From an uncultured Chloroflexia bacterium (GTDB taxonomy: Bacteria > Chloroflexota > Limnocylindria > QHBO01): DNA of 64,000 bases. The notes under the pieces are model-generated. The model had not been told where the DNA came from and did not search any database. It was given only the letters and a program-made list of their open reading frames with translations. Below are positions 39,689 through 51,254 of this stretch, one piece after another; the stretch's first letter is position 1, and each line of letters opens with the position of its first letter. Both the position numbers and the translations under genes were made by a program. The DNA is taken from the NCBI GenBank assembly GCA_963759405.1, contig CAVWZA010000017.1, positions 71,491 through 135,490 of the forward strand. The letters are read 5' to 3'.

Positions 39689-41062
39689 ATGGACGAGCGA
39701 GACGCCGCGATGAGGCGCGCCGCCGAGATCGGCCTGGAATTCATCGCGGGCCTCCCGGAGCGCCACGTCGGGTCAGCGGCGGACGCCGCAACGATCGCCG
39801 CCCGGCTCGGCGGCCCGCTGCCCGAACGCGGCATGGACGCGACGACCGTGGTGGAGGAGCTGGCGGCGGCGGTCGATCCCGGCCTGGTCGCGTCGGCGGG
39901 TCCGCGCTACTTCGGCTTCGTGGTCGGCGGTGCCCTGCCGGCATCGGCGGCGGCCGACTGGCTCACCACCGCGTGGGGCCAGAACGCCGCGCTGCACGCG
40001 CTCTCCCCTGCCGCGGCGGCGGCCGAGGAGGTCGCCGGGCGATGGATGCTCGAGCTGCTCGGGCTCCCGCGGGACGCGAGCTTCGGCCTCCCGACGGGCG
40101 CGGGCCTCGGGAACACGGTGGGCCTCGCTGCGGCACGTCATGCCGTCCTCGAGCGCGCCGGATGGGACGTCGAGGCCGATGGACTGTACGGCGCGCCGCC
40201 GATCACCGTCCTCATCGGCGCGGAGGCACATGCCACGGCCCTCACCGCCCTGCAATACCTTGGGCTCGGCCGCGACCGGGTCACGCGCATCGCGACGGAC
40301 GACCAGGGGCGGATGATCGCGGACGAGGCGCGCGCCGTCATCGGGCAAGTCGATGGGCCGGTGATCGTGGCCACGCAGGCCGGCAACGTGAACACCGGCG
40401 CCTTCGACCCGGTCGACGAGATCGCGGACGCGCTGGCCGCCCACCCGAACTCGTGGCTCCATGTCGACGGGGCATTCGGCCTGTGGGCCGCCGCCTCGAG
40501 GGAGCTGCGACACCTGGTGCGAGGCGTGGAACGGGCGGACTCCTGGTCCACGGACGCGCACAAGTGGCTGAACGTCGGCTACGACTGCGGATTCGTCGCC
40601 GTCCGCGACCAGGAGGCACACCGCGCGGCGATGTCGGCGACTGCCGCCTACCTCATGCGCAGCGAGCAGCGCGAGTCGTGGGAGTGGGTGCTGGACAGCT
40701 CACGCAGGGCGCGCGGATTCCCGCTCTACGCCGCGATCCGCTCGCTCGGCAGCGAGGGAGTCGAGGCGCTGGTCGACCGCTGCTGCGCGCTGGCGCGACG
40801 GATCGCCGACCGGCTCAGCGACGCGGCGGACGTCGAGGTCCTCAACGACGTCGTCCTGAACCAGGTCCTCGTGCGCTTCGGCGACGACGATCGCACCCGC
40901 CGGGTCATCGCCTGCGTACAGGACGACGGCACGGCCTGGCTGGGCGGAACGACGTGGCAGGGAATGGCCGCGATGCGCATCAGCGTCAGCAACTGGTCGA
41001 CCACCGAGGCCGATGCCGACCGGTCGGTGGATGCGATCCTGCGCTGCGCCGCGAGCTCCTGA
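39689..41062 (+). CDS. PLP-dependent group II decarboxylase (aromatic amino-acid decarboxylase family)
   Basis: GPRYFGFVVGG, QAGNVNTGAFD, WLHVDGAFGLW, DSWSTDAHKWLNV (PLP Lys), SRRARG. Confidence 0.88.
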   Translation: MDERDAAMRRAAEIGLEFIAGLPERHVGSAADAATIAARLGGPLPERGMDATTVVEELAAAVDPGLVASAGPRYFGFVVGGALPASAAADWLTTAWGQNAALHALSPAAAAAEEVAGRWMLELLGLPRDASFGLPTGAGLGNTVGLAAARHAVLERAGWDVEADGLYGAPPITVLIGAEAHATALTALQYLGLGRDRVTRIATDDQGRMIADEARAVIGQVDGPVIVATQAGNVNTGAFDPVDEIADALAAHPNSWLHVDGAFGLWAAASRELRHLVRGVERADSWSTDAHKWLNVGYDCGFVAVRDQEAHRAAMSATAAYLMRSEQRESWEWVLDSSRRARGFPLYAAIRSLGSEGVEALVDRCCALARRIADRLSDAADVEVLNDVVLNQVLVRFGDDDRTRRVIACVQDDGTAWLGGTTWQGMAAMRISVSNWSTTEADADRSVDAILRCAASS

Positions 41063-41070
41063 GGCCGGCT

Positions 41071-41487
41071 TCAGCCGACGGTTAGCTCGTCCTCCTCGAT
41101 CCATCCCCGATCCTCCACGCGAGGCTCGGAGCCGGGAGCGGCGTCACGCGCGACCCAGGAGAGCAAGCGATCGGGTCCGATGGCGAGCGCGATGCACACT
41201 ACGAGCATGGTCAGCGGCACGAGGATCCCTTCGCTCGACGCGGCCGGCAGGAGCAGCAGCCAGACGCTCGCCGCAGCCGAGGCGGGCCAGGAGATCGGCG
41301 CGCGCGCCAGCAGGAATCCGAGCAGCGCCAGCGTCGGGAGGCCGATGAGCGGGAGCTGACCGGTCGAGGCGGCAGCTGCGGCGGCGAAGGCGCCGGCGCC
41401 GGCGGTCAGGCCGAGGAGCGCGCGCACGATGGCCTCCGCGTCCTCGCCGTACGCGGTGCGATGACCGGAGGCTGTCAGCGTTGCCAT
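41071..41487 (-). CDS. Hypothetical membrane protein (~4 TM)
   Basis: Hydrophobic 138-aa ORF filling the gap; TAGACT upstream of ATG. Confidence 0.6.
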   Translation of the reverse strand: MATLTASGHRTAYGEDAEAIVRALLGLTAGAGAFAAAAAASTGQLPLIGLPTLALLGFLLARAPISWPASAAASVWLLLLPAASSEGILVPLTMLVVCIALAIGPDRLLSWVARDAAPGSEPRVEDRGWIEEDELTVG

Positions 41488-41570
41488 GGTGGGTCGAGTC
41501 TACGCCCGCGATTCAAATTGCGGCGTGTGGTGTAATCGGAGCTTCCGGTGAGCATCGAGACGGAGAACCG

Positions 41571-42911
41571 ATGGCGATCGAGACCGAGCGCGGCAGCATG
41601 ACCGGCGACGAGATCGTCGCCCTCACCAAGCGCCACACCCTCTTCGAGTGGTCGGCGCAGTCGAAGGTCGACCCGATCCCGGTGGCCGGCGCCAAGGGCG
41701 TGCTACTTCTGGACGCCCGAGGGCAAGCGCTTCCTCGACTTCAACAGCCAGCTGATGTGCACGAACATCGGCCACGGCCATCCGAAGGTGATCGAGGCGA
41801 TCAAGCGCCAGGCCGAGACGCTCGCCTACGCCAACCCGTTCATGGCCACCGAGCCGCGCGCGCGCCTCGGCGCGAAGCTGGCCGAGATCACGCCCGGCGA
41901 CATCGACACCTTCTTCTTCACCAACGGCGGCGCCGAGGCCAACGAGAACGCCATCAAGCTGGCCCGGTTCGTCACCGGACGGCACAAGATCCTCGCCCGC
42001 TACCGCGTCGTACCACGGCGGCACCGCAGGGGCGATCAGCCTGACCGGCGACCCGCGGCGCTGGGCGGCCGAGCCCGGCATCCCCGGCGTCGTGCGCGTC
42101 ATGGACCCGTACCACGGCATCCAGCGCGGCTGGGACTCGGCCGACGAGGCGCTCGCCAACCTCGAGGAGGTCGATCCAGCTCGAGGGCCCGAACACGATC
42201 GCCGCCTTCATCCTCGAGACGGTGACCGGCACGAACGGCATCCTCGTCCCGCCCGACGGCTACATCCAGGGCGTCCGCGAGATCTGCGACCGCTACGGGA
42301 TCCTGCATGATCGCCGACGAGGTGATGGCCGGCTTCGGGCGCACCGGCAAGTGGTTCGCGATCGACCACTGGAACGTGGTCCCCGACCTGATCACGATGG
42401 CCAAGGGCCTGACCAGCGCCTACGTGCAGCTCGGCGCGCTCGGCATGCGGCGCAAGTACGCCGAGCACTTCGAGAACAACGTCTTCTACGGCGGCCTCAC
42501 CTACAACTCGCACCCGCTGGCCTGCGCCACCGCGCTGGCCACGATCGAGGTCTACGAGGAGGAGAAGCTCATCGAGCGTGCCGCGCGCATGGGCGAGCGT
42601 CTGAAGGTGCACCACGAGCAGCTGGCGGCGAAGGCACCCGAGCGTCGGGGCGGTGCGCAGCATCGGCCTGTTCGGGATCGTCGAGCTCGTCCGCAACCGC
42701 GAGACCATGGAGCCGATGGCGCCCTTCAACGGCACCTCGCGACGAGATGGTCGCGCTCGGGAAGCGCTTCCGCGAGGACGGGCTGTACACCTTCGTGCGC
42801 TGGAACACGTTCTTCACGAACCCGCCGCTGACGATCAGCGAGGAGGAGATGGCGGAGGGCTTCGAGATCATCGATCGAGCCCTCGAGATCACCGATGCCG
42901 CGGTCGTCTGA
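41571..42911 (+). CDS. Class III PLP aminotransferase (beta-alanine/taurine-pyruvate transaminase-like); multiple frameshifts
   Basis: HTLFEWSAQ, DFNSQLMCTNIGHGHP, FFTNGGAEANENAIK, ETVTGTNG, IADEVMAGFGRTG, TMAKGLTS, GLTYNSHPL, NPPLTI across frames. Confidence 0.85.
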
Positions 42912-42925
42912 GCCGCCGGCGAACG

Positions 42926-43829
42926 ATGACCGTCGCGGGCCCGCTGGCCGACGCGGCTGGCGCGTCGACGCTCGTCGGTCGGGTCGCTCTTCGTCGCGTT
43001 CGTGCTGTGGTCGTGTCTCGGTCGTCTGGGAGCTGGCCAAGGCATCGGCGGCGTGCCGTGGCGTGGCGATGGGCGAGCGATCTGGACCCGCCGCTGGACC
43101 GCTCTCGGATCGCGCAGCTGAACGACTCGAACCTGCCCCAATCTGGGAGGTCTCGGCGGCCTTCTTCCAGCCGGCGACCCGGGACGGCCGCACTCGCTCG
43201 GCGCCGTGCTGATCGACGCGGCGCTCTTCACCTGGCGCGAGGCGGCCATCGGCTTCGTGCTCGGCGCCGTCTTCGGCATCGTCCTGGCAATTGTCTTCGT
43301 CCACAGCCGCCTGCTCGAGCGCGCGCTGGTGCCGTACGTCATCGCCAGCCAGACGATGCCGATCGTGGCACTGGCGCCGATGATCGTGCTCTGGGTCGGC
43401 CGAGGACTGGACGAGCGTGGTGCATCATCGCCCGTACCTCACCTTCTTCCCGGTCACGATCGCCGGCATCCGCGGGCTGCGCTCGCCCGATCCACGCGCG
43501 CTCGAGCTGATGCGCTCCTACGCGGCGGCACGCGTGGCGCGTGCTCTGGAAGGTGCGGTTGCCGGCGGCGATGCCGTACCTGTTCACCGCCCTCAAGATC
43601 GCCGCCACCGCAAGCATCGTCGGCGCGATCGTCGGCGAGGAGCCGACCGGGATCCGCGGGGGCCTCGGCCGCGCCATCATCTAATTCAACCAGCAGTACA
43701 TCACCGGTCCCGAGAAGCTCTGGGCCACCGTGCTCGCCTCGCGCGGCGCTGGGGATCGTCTTCTTCGCGATCGTGCGCCTCGCCGAGCTGCTCGTCCTGC
43801 GCAGGTCGGCAGGCGGCGTCGCGGGATGA
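42926..43829 (+). CDS. ABC transporter permease (NitT/TauT family); heavily frameshifted
   Basis: [64 protein letters not shown]. Confidence 0.75.
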
Positions 43830-44671
43830 GCCGAGTCGGTTCCGCGCCGGTCGTCGCGCTGCAGCGGCGTCGACAAGACGTTCGACGTGTCGGGTCGCTA
43901 CGACGGTCGCGCTGGAGCGGCATCGACCTGCGACATCGGCCGCGGCGAGTTCGTCGCCTGATCGGTCCATCCGGCTGCGGCAAGAGCACCCTGCTGCGGC
44001 TCATCGGCGACCTGACCGCGCCGTCCGCCGGGCAGCGTGCAGGTCAACGGCAAGCCCGCCGCGCAGGCGCGGCTCGACCGCGACTACGGGATGGTCTTCC
44101 AGGCGCCGGTCCTGTTCGACTGGCGCACGATCGAGGAGAACGTCCAGCTGCCGCTCGAGGTCATCGGGCATTGATCGCGGCCGAGCGCCAGCGCGCTCGA
44201 CGGAGATGCTCGAGCTCGTCGAGCTCGCGCGACTTCGCGCGCCATCATCCGTAGCAGCTGTCGGGCGGGATGCAGCAGCGTGCCGCCATCGCGCGCGCCC
44301 TCGCGTTCGAGCCGAAGCTGCTGCTGATGGACGAGCCGTTCGGCGCGCTCGACGAGATGACACGCGAGCGGATGAACGACGAGCTGCTGCGCATCTGGGA
44401 GCGCACCGGGAACGACGGTGGTGTTCGTGACCCACTCGATCCCGGAGGCGGTCTTCCTGTCGAGCCGCGTCGTCGTCATGAGCGCACGACCCGGCCGCAT
44501 CACGCACATCGTCGACGTCGATCTCCGCGCCCGCGGAACGAGGCGACGCGCGAGAGCCGACGTTACTTCGAGCTCATCACCGAGGTGCGCGAGGCGCTTC
44601 GTGCCGGCGAGGCGCGCGGCGACGCGACGCTCGAGTCGGCCGAGCCGGCGGCCGAAGGCGAGCGCGGGTGA
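43826..44671 (+). CDS. ABC transporter ATP-binding protein (NitT/TauT family); heavily frameshifted
   Basis: [65 protein letters not shown]. Confidence 0.8.
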
Positions 44672-45472
44672 GGCGCGCTCGGCTGCGGCGACGCTACCTC
44701 CCGGCAGTCGCTGCTCTTCGTGGGCGTGATCGTCGTGTGGGAGGTCGTCGTCCGTGAGCTCGCAACATCGAGCGGTTCCTGCTGCCGCCGCCGTCGGCCA
44801 TCTGCGGCCGCGCTCATCGAGAAGTGGACCACCGCCTGACCAGATCCTCGGCCGCGCAGGTCACGCTGATCGAGGCCGCTCGGCGGGTTCGTCATCGGCG
44901 TGACCGCCGGCCTCATCGTCGCCGTTCGCGCGTCGCGCGCTTGGCCTCGCTCGCGTGGCGCGCTCATGCCGTTCGCCGTCGCGGCCAACGCGATCCCGAT
45001 CATCGCCTTCGCGCCGATCATGAACAACTGGTTCGGGGTCACCAGCCCGCTCTCGCAAGATGATGATCGTCGCCGTCGCTCGTCTTCTTTCCGGTCATGA
45101 TCAACTCCGTGCGCGGCCTGACCAGGCCGAGCCGTCCGCGCTCGAGCTGATGCGCTCCTACGCCGCCGAGTCGAGATCGCGGTGTTCCGGAAGGTGCGGG
45201 TGCCGGCCGCGCTCCCGTTCTTCTTCACCGCCTCAAGGTCGGCGCGACGCTCAGCCTCATCGGCGCCATCGTGGGCGAGTACTTCGGCGGGCCCAACGTG
45301 GTGCTCGGGCGCGTCATGGTCGAGAAGCGCGGCGTTCCTGCGGTTCGACGTCGCCTGGGCTGCGATCATGATCGTCTCGGCGATGGGGATCGGCTTCTAT
45401 CTGGTCATCGTCGGCCATCGAGCGAGTCGTCATGCCGTGGCATGCATCGGTCCGCGGCGACCAGCCGGGCTG
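44668..45472 (+). CDS. Second ABC permease (NitT/TauT family); heavily frameshifted
   Basis: [54 protein letters not shown]. Confidence 0.72.
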
Positions 45473-45558
45473 ATGCGGTCATGACAGTCACGGAGGTGAC
45501 CGAGACCTAGAATCTGCCGAACGCGGCTTACGGCATCGAGCAGGCACGGAGGAGTGAG

Positions 45559-46754
45559 ATGAAGCGATCCTGGCGCATCTCGTCTGGTCGCGGCGACCTG
45601 TGGCGCGCTGCTGCTGGCGGCACTGCCAGGCACAGAAGTCACCATCCGGCAGCTCGCAGCGACCGGGCGGGCGAGCCGCCGCCCGGATCGTCGGTCGACG
45701 ACTCTCGCCGAGGCGCGAGGCCACGATCGGTCGAGCTTCCAGCTGCAGTGGGTCGCCGCAGGCGCAGTTCGCCGGCTACTTCGCGGCCAAGGATCTGGGC
45801 TACTACGAGGATGCGGGACTTGACGTCACCTTCCTGCGACGGCGGCGGCGACGATCGTTCCGCAGCAGGTGGTTGCGGCGCCGGACGGCCCAGAGTTCGG
45901 CGAGGCATGGGTGCCGAAGGTGCTCGTCGCCCGTGAGGAGGGAGCGGACCTGGTGCAACATCGCGCAGGTCTTCCAGCGCTCCGGCACGCTCGAGGTCAC
46001 TGGAAGGACAGCGGCATCACGGACGCCGGAGGATTGGGCCGGCAAGAAGGTCGGCGCCTGGGCCTTCGGCAACGAGTTCGAGGTCATCGCCGCCGCGCGC
46101 CAGGCGGGCCTCGACGCCGGACGACGGACTACGAGCGGCGTCGACGCAGGACTTCGACATGAGGAGCTGCTGCTCAACGCGCGAGATCGATGCCGCCGAG
46201 GCGATGATCTACAACGAGCTGCGCCCAGCTGCTCGAGACCGAGAATCCCGAGACCGGCGAGCTGTACACGCTCGACGACCTCAACATCATCGACTTCAAC
46301 GACGTCGGCACGGCGATGCTCCAGGACCACATCATGGCCCGTGAGTCGTGGCTGGCCGCGAACGGATGGCACGCCAACGAGGACGTCGCCGTCTGCTTCC
46401 TGCGTGCATCGTTCGAGGGATGGATGCACTGCCGCGACAACCCGGACGAATGCGTCGAGTATCGTCCTCGACCAGGGCACGATCCTGTGGCTGAGGGGCA
46501 CCAGCACTGGATGATGAACGAGATCAATGCGCTGATCTGGCCGTCACCCGACGGGATCGGCGTCCTGGATCCAGGACACTCTGGCAGCAAACGGTCGAGA
46601 TCAGCCTCGAGTTCGAGATCCTGACCGCAGGAGCCGTCGGACGGTGCGTTCCGAACGGACCTCGCGGAGGCGGCCCTCGCAGGCATCGACGGTGACACGA
46701 CCGGCGATGACTTCGAGAAGGCCGAGCGTGGAGGTCACGCCGGGAGGCGAATAG
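45559..46754 (+). CDS. ABC substrate-binding protein (NMT1/THI5-like); heavily frameshifted
   Basis: LQWV.QAQFAGYFAAKDLGYY, AWVPKVL, NIAQVFQRSG, GKKVGAWAFGNEFE, AMIYNE, MLQD, HQHWMMNEINALIWPSP; GGAG RBS. Confidence 0.75.
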
Positions 46755-46777
46755 ACCGACCCGCTCACCGCGCCACG

Positions 46778-46809
46778 CGGCCCCTCTCCGATCCGTCGGG
46801 GAGGGGCCG
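46778..46809 (+). terminator. GC-rich hairpin after the ABC substrate-binding gene
   Basis: CGGCCCCTCTCCGA-TCCG-TCGGGGAGGGGCCG: 14-bp stem with one G-U pair, 23 nt after the stop codon; only a short T tract. Confidence 0.6.
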
Positions 46810-46881
46810 TTCGCTGATCGGCCGGTATGATCGGGCCATGCCGCCGACGACGCTCCGCGCCGCCGACTGCCGGTCCATGAG

Positions 46882-48543
46882 ATGACCGGCCTGGGGTTCA
46901 CACTGCTCGTCGCCCTGGTGGCGGCGCTGGTGCTCGGCGCGCTTGCGCATCGGCTCAGGCTGCCGCCGATGCTCGGCTACATCGCCGCCGGCATGGCGGT
47001 CGGTCCATTCACGCCGGGCTTCGTCGCCGATCGCGAGGAGGTGCTGGCGCTCGCCGACGTGGGCGTCGCGCTCCTGATGTTCAGCATCGGTCTCCAGTTC
47101 AGCCTCGGTGAGCTTCGCTCCGTCGGCGGACGCATCCTCGCCGGCGTCCCGGTCCAGGTTGCCCTGACGATGGCCATCGGCACAGCGACCGGCCTTGCCC
47201 TGGGCTGGGAGCTGCTGTCGGCGCTGTTCATCGGCGGTGCCGTCTCAGTGGCCTCGACCGTGGTGCTCGTGAAGGTGGCTGGCGAAGCGGCGCTGCACAC
47301 GACCGCCTACGGACGGACGGCGCTCGGCGTCTCGATCGTCCAGGACCTCCTGACGGTGGTGCTGGTCGTCGGCCTCTCGGCGCTCGGTGGCCAGGCCGAC
47401 GAGTCCTGGTTGGGGTTTGTCGGCGCCATTGTCGTGGCGCTCGGATTCGTCGCCCTGGTCCTGTTCGGCGGCTCGCGGGTGCTCCCTCGGTTGCTTGGGT
47501 TCATCGCCGGCCTGCGCTCGCGCGAGCTGTTCGTCATCGCCGTCGCCGTCATCTCCATCGGCACCGCCTTCGCGGCCAGCGCGCTCGGGGTGAGCGTGGC
47601 GCTCGGCGCCTTCGTCGCCGGCCTTGCGCTTGCCGATTCCGACCTGACCGCCAGTGTGCTGGGTGAGATCGTGCCGTTGCGCGAGCTGTTCAGCACCTTC
47701 TTCTTCGTCTCGATCGGGATCCTGCTGCAGCCGGCGGCCATCCTCGCCGCCTGGCCGGTGGTGCTGGCGCTGCTCCTGATCATCACCTTCGGCAAGGCGC
47801 TGCCGATCGCCGGCCTGGCGGTGCTGGACGGCCAGTCGCCCTCGAACGCGCTGCGGGCGGGTGCCCTGATCGGCCAGAGCGGCGAGTTCAGCTTCGTCCT
47901 CGCCTCCGCCGGCCTGGCGCTGGGCGCGGTCGCCCCCGAGACGTTCTCGCTGGCCATGGGCGCCGTCGTCATCTCCATCCTCACCGCGGAGCCGTTGCTG
48001 GCCGCGGCGCGCTGGATCGGTCCCCGCCTGGATGCCGCCATGCCGCGCCCCGCGCTGCCCGACGACGAGCCACCGATCGGACTGCGACGGCACGCCGTCA
48101 TCCTCGGCTACGGCCGGGTCGGCCGGTCGGTTGCGCGGGTCCTCGACTCGCGCGGCTTCGGCTGGGTTGCCATCGACAGCGACTACGGCGTCACGCGCGA
48201 CGCGCGCGCGGCGGGTGCACACGTGATCTACGGCGAGGCCGGGGCGCCGACGGTGCTCGACCAGGCCGGTGTTGCGGAGGCCCACGCCCTGGTCGTCTGC
48301 GTGCCGGATGCGCTCGCGTCACGCCAGGCGGTCGTCTACGCGCACGACCGCAACCCGAGGATCGAGATCGTCGCGCGCGCCCACTCCGATGCGGAAGAGG
48401 TCGACCTGCGGCGGCTCGGAGCCGCGCGCGTGGTCGTCGCCGATCGGGAGCTCGGCAACGAGATGATCCGCCACGCGCTCCGCCGCTTCGGCGTCAGCGA
48501 CCGCGAGGTCGCCGCGATCCTGGAGACGCGCCGCCGCGCCTGA
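46882..48543 (+). CDS. CPA2 family cation:proton antiporter with C-terminal TrkA-N domain (KefB/RosB-like)
   Basis: GVALLMFSIGL, SVASTVV, IVQDL, LGAFVAG, FFFVSIG, QSGEFSFV, ILGYGRVG. Confidence 0.9.
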   Translation: MTGLGFTLLVALVAALVLGALAHRLRLPPMLGYIAAGMAVGPFTPGFVADREEVLALADVGVALLMFSIGLQFSLGELRSVGGRILAGVPVQVALTMAIGTATGLALGWELLSALFIGGAVSVASTVVLVKVAGEAALHTTAYGRTALGVSIVQDLLTVVLVVGLSALGGQADESWLGFVGAIVVALGFVALVLFGGSRVLPRLLGFIAGLRSRELFVIAVAVISIGTAFAASALGVSVALGAFVAGLALADSDLTASVLGEIVPLRELFSTFFFVSIGILLQPAAILAAWPVVLALLLIITFGKALPIAGLAVLDGQSPSNALRAGALIGQSGEFSFVLASAGLALGAVAPETFSLAMGAVVISILTAEPLLAAARWIGPRLDAAMPRPALPDDEPPIGLRRHAVILGYGRVGRSVARVLDSRGFGWVAIDSDYGVTRDARAAGAHVIYGEAGAPTVLDQAGVAEAHALVVCVPDALASRQAVVYAHDRNPRIEIVARAHSDAEEVDLRRLGAARVVVADRELGNEMIRHALRRFGVSDREVAAILETRRRA

Positions 48544-48561
48544 TGCCGGAACGGACCGCGG

Positions 48562-49272
48562 TCAGGCGGCGGCTTCCGCCTCGTCCTCGACCACCAGCCC
48601 GTCCCGCATCCGGACGATCCGGTCGCAGAACCCGCCGACTTCGGCGTCGTGCGTGACGAGCACGACGGTCTGCCCACGCTCGCGGTTGAAGCGGCGCAGG
48701 AGCTCGAGCACCTCGTGCGCGTGGCCTGAGTCCAGGTTGCCGGTCGGCTCGTCGGCCAGCACGATGGCCGGTCCGTTCACGAGGCTGCGGGCAATGGCGA
48801 CGCGCTGCTGCTCCCCGCCCGACAGCTCCATCGGCCGATGGTCGGCACGCTCGGCAAGTCCCACCCAACCAAGCGCCTCGCGGGCCGCCGCGGTGGCCTG
48901 CCCTCGGGAGGCCCCGGCGTATTCCTTGGCGAGTGCCACGTTTTCGATGGCGGTGAGCGTCGGTACCAGGTTGAACGACTGGAACACGAAGCCCATCGTC
49001 TTGGCCCGCATCTGCGTGCGCTCCCGGTCGGAGAGGTTCGCCACCGACCTGCCGTCGATGAGGACCTCCGGCGCCGGCCCGTTGTCGCGATCCGCCGAAT
49101 GGAGCAGGCCGAGCAGGTGCATGAGGGTGCTCTTGCCGGAACCCGAGGGTCCCATGATCGCGACCATCTCGCCGGCCTCGATGCTGATGTCGACACCGCG
49201 AAGCGCCTCGACGATGTTGCGCCGTCCCAGGCGATAGGTCTTCCGCAGATTGCGGCCTTCAAGAAGTGCCAT
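48562..49272 (-). CDS. ABC transporter ATP-binding protein (LolD/MacB type)
   Basis: GPSGSGKSTL, FVFQSFNL, LSGGEQQRVAIAR, LADEPTGNLD, VTHD. Confidence 0.92.
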   Translation of the reverse strand: MALLEGRNLRKTYRLGRRNIVEALRGVDISIEAGEMVAIMGPSGSGKSTLMHLLGLLHSADRDNGPAPEVLIDGRSVANLSDRERTQMRAKTMGFVFQSFNLVPTLTAIENVALAKEYAGASRGQATAAAREALGWVGLAERADHRPMELSGGEQQRVAIARSLVNGPAIVLADEPTGNLDSGHAHEVLELLRRFNRERGQTVVLVTHDAEVGGFCDRIVRMRDGLVVEDEAEAAA

Positions 49273-49283
49273 GTCGTTCGCTC

Positions 49284-50442
49284 CTACTCGTAGCGCAGCG
49301 CGGTGACCGGGTCGAGCCGGGCTGCGCTCCAGGCGGGAATGATCCCGGCGAGCATGCCGAGGATGGTGGAGAAGCCGACGGCGAAGATCGCTGTCTCGGG
49401 GGTCAGGTCGAAGAGGACGGTGCCGCTGGTACGTCCGGCCTCGTTGGCCAGCACGACCACCAGGGCACCAAGGCCAAGGCCGATGAGCCCGCCGATGAGA
49501 CCGATGAGCCCCGCTTCAGCCACCAGCGCTCGGATGATCCGGCCGCGCGAGCCGCCGATGGCGCGCTTGATGCCGATCTCCCTGGTGCGCTCGGCGACGC
49601 TCATCGCCATGGTGTTGATGACCGACAGGCCACCGACCACCAGGCTGATGATGGCCACCCCGACGATGATCGCGTTGAAGATGGCCGTCGACGCACCGAC
49701 CTGCTCGTCGAACTCGGCGCCGGTCAGGGTCGCGCTGTTGGCGACGGCGCCCTCGATGTCGGTCGCAAGCGCGTCGACGTCGACGCCCTCGTCCGGATAC
49801 ACGACGATCTGGTTGACGAGCTCGTCGGGCTCGACCGAGTCGGTGATCAGCGGGGGCAGCGTCTCGATGAACATCTCCTGCGCTGCGCTGAGCGGGACGA
49901 GGGCGGTGGTGTCGGGCGCCGTCAGCGTCGGCTGGAGCGTGCCGACGACCTCGAAGTCGCGGCCGCGGATCTCGATCGTGTCGCCTGACGTGACGTCGTG
50001 TGACGTTGCGATGCGTCGAGCCGAGCACGACGAGGTCGCCGTCATCCTCCGGCGTGAGCATCCGGCCGGTCGCCAGCTCGAGCTGGAACTGCTCGTGGCC
50101 CTCGTCGGCACCGGGGATGGCGCCGATGATCAGCTCCGGGATGCCGAACGAAACGCCCGCTTCCTCGTCGAAGAGCAGCTGGATCTGCGGGTCGACGGCG
50201 GCCACGCCGTCGAGATCGCGAATCGTGTCCGCCGACTCGAGGCTCATCGGTGCCGTGCCGAACGAGGAGCCGTCGGTGACGAGGATCTTGTCGGCGTAGT
50301 ACTGGCTTCCGCCCTCGACGAGGGCATTGATCTTGTTTGCCATCGAGCTGAAGACGACAAGTGCCCAGATCCCGATCGTGATGCCCAGGATCGTCAGGGT
50401 CGTCCGCAGCTTCCGGCGCGAGAGCTCGCGCAGCAGGCGCAT
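49284..50442 (-). CDS. MacB/FtsX-type ABC permease; frameshift at ~50010
   Basis: RRKLRTTLTILGITIG, INTMAMSVAERTREIGIKRAIG, PAWSAARLDPVTALRYE. Confidence 0.88.
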
Positions 50443-50579
50443 CGGTTTCCTCAATAGGTGACGTGGATGCGGCCATCGTCGCCGGGGCGAGCCCGGGCGT
50501 CATCGGCCTTATGGCCGAATCACCCTACCCTGCGATGGCGATGCCCGCATGACGCGTCCCGTAACCTCGGGCGCCAGCC

Positions 50580-51218
50580 TCACCAGGCTTCGCCGATGCG
50601 CTCCACCAGCTCGTCGAGGGAGTCGACAACGAGCGCCGGCCGGGCGCTCTCCGGGAGGCGCTGGATCACGCCCCACGGCCCGCGACGCAGCCATACGGCG
50701 CGCATCCCCGCGGCGATCGACGGCAGGACGTCGTTGTCGACGCGGTCACCCACGTAGGCGACCGCCGCCGGTTCCGGGCTGCCCATGAGCTCGAGGGCAT
50801 GATCGAAGAATGCGGAATCCGGCTTCCACACGCCCATCCCGTCGCTCATCGCCATCACCTCGACATCGAACCCCAGCGCACGCAGCTGCTCTGCCCGGAC
50901 CTCGGGCTGGTTGGCCACGATCGCGAGCCGGTAGCCGCGCTGCGCCAGTCCTGCGAAGGCGCGGTGGGCATCGGGGTACAGGTCGGCATCGGTGAATCCG
51001 CCGTAGGCCCGCTCGACCGCGGGCAGACGCTGCCGCCAGTCGTCGGCGCCGAAGATCGGAAACACGTCCCGATGCTCGCCACCGCGGGCGATGACGGCAC
51101 CGAGCGCGGCCAGGAAGGTGAGCCGCGGCACGCCGAGCTCATCGGCCCACAGCGACCAGATCCGCGTCTCGTCGATCAGGGTCTCGCCGACGTCGAGGCA
51201 CACCCATCGGTCCGTCAC
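50580..51218 (-). CDS. HAD-superfamily hydrolase
   Basis: LDVGETL, IVANQ, WKPD, YVGDRVDND, RGPWG. Confidence 0.88.
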   Translation of the reverse strand: MTDRWVCLDVGETLIDETRIWSLWADELGVPRLTFLAALGAVIARGGEHRDVFPIFGADDWRQRLPAVERAYGGFTDADLYPDAHRAFAGLAQRGYRLAIVANQPEVRAEQLRALGFDVEVMAMSDGMGVWKPDSAFFDHALELMGSPEPAAVAYVGDRVDNDVLPSIAAGMRAVWLRRGPWGVIQRLPESARPALVVDSLDELVERIGEAW

Positions 51219-51254
51219 GGGACCGATCCTAGGCGAAGGACCGATCCGGCAGGG

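Noticed and set aside
41500-46754. Dense frameshifts and stops as a decaying (pseudogenised) operon or programmed frameshifting
   Set aside because: Indels hit many unrelated genes across the window, conserved motifs are intact between them, and there are no slippery-site patterns. Low-coverage long-read error is the simplest explanation, though reads are needed to confirm.
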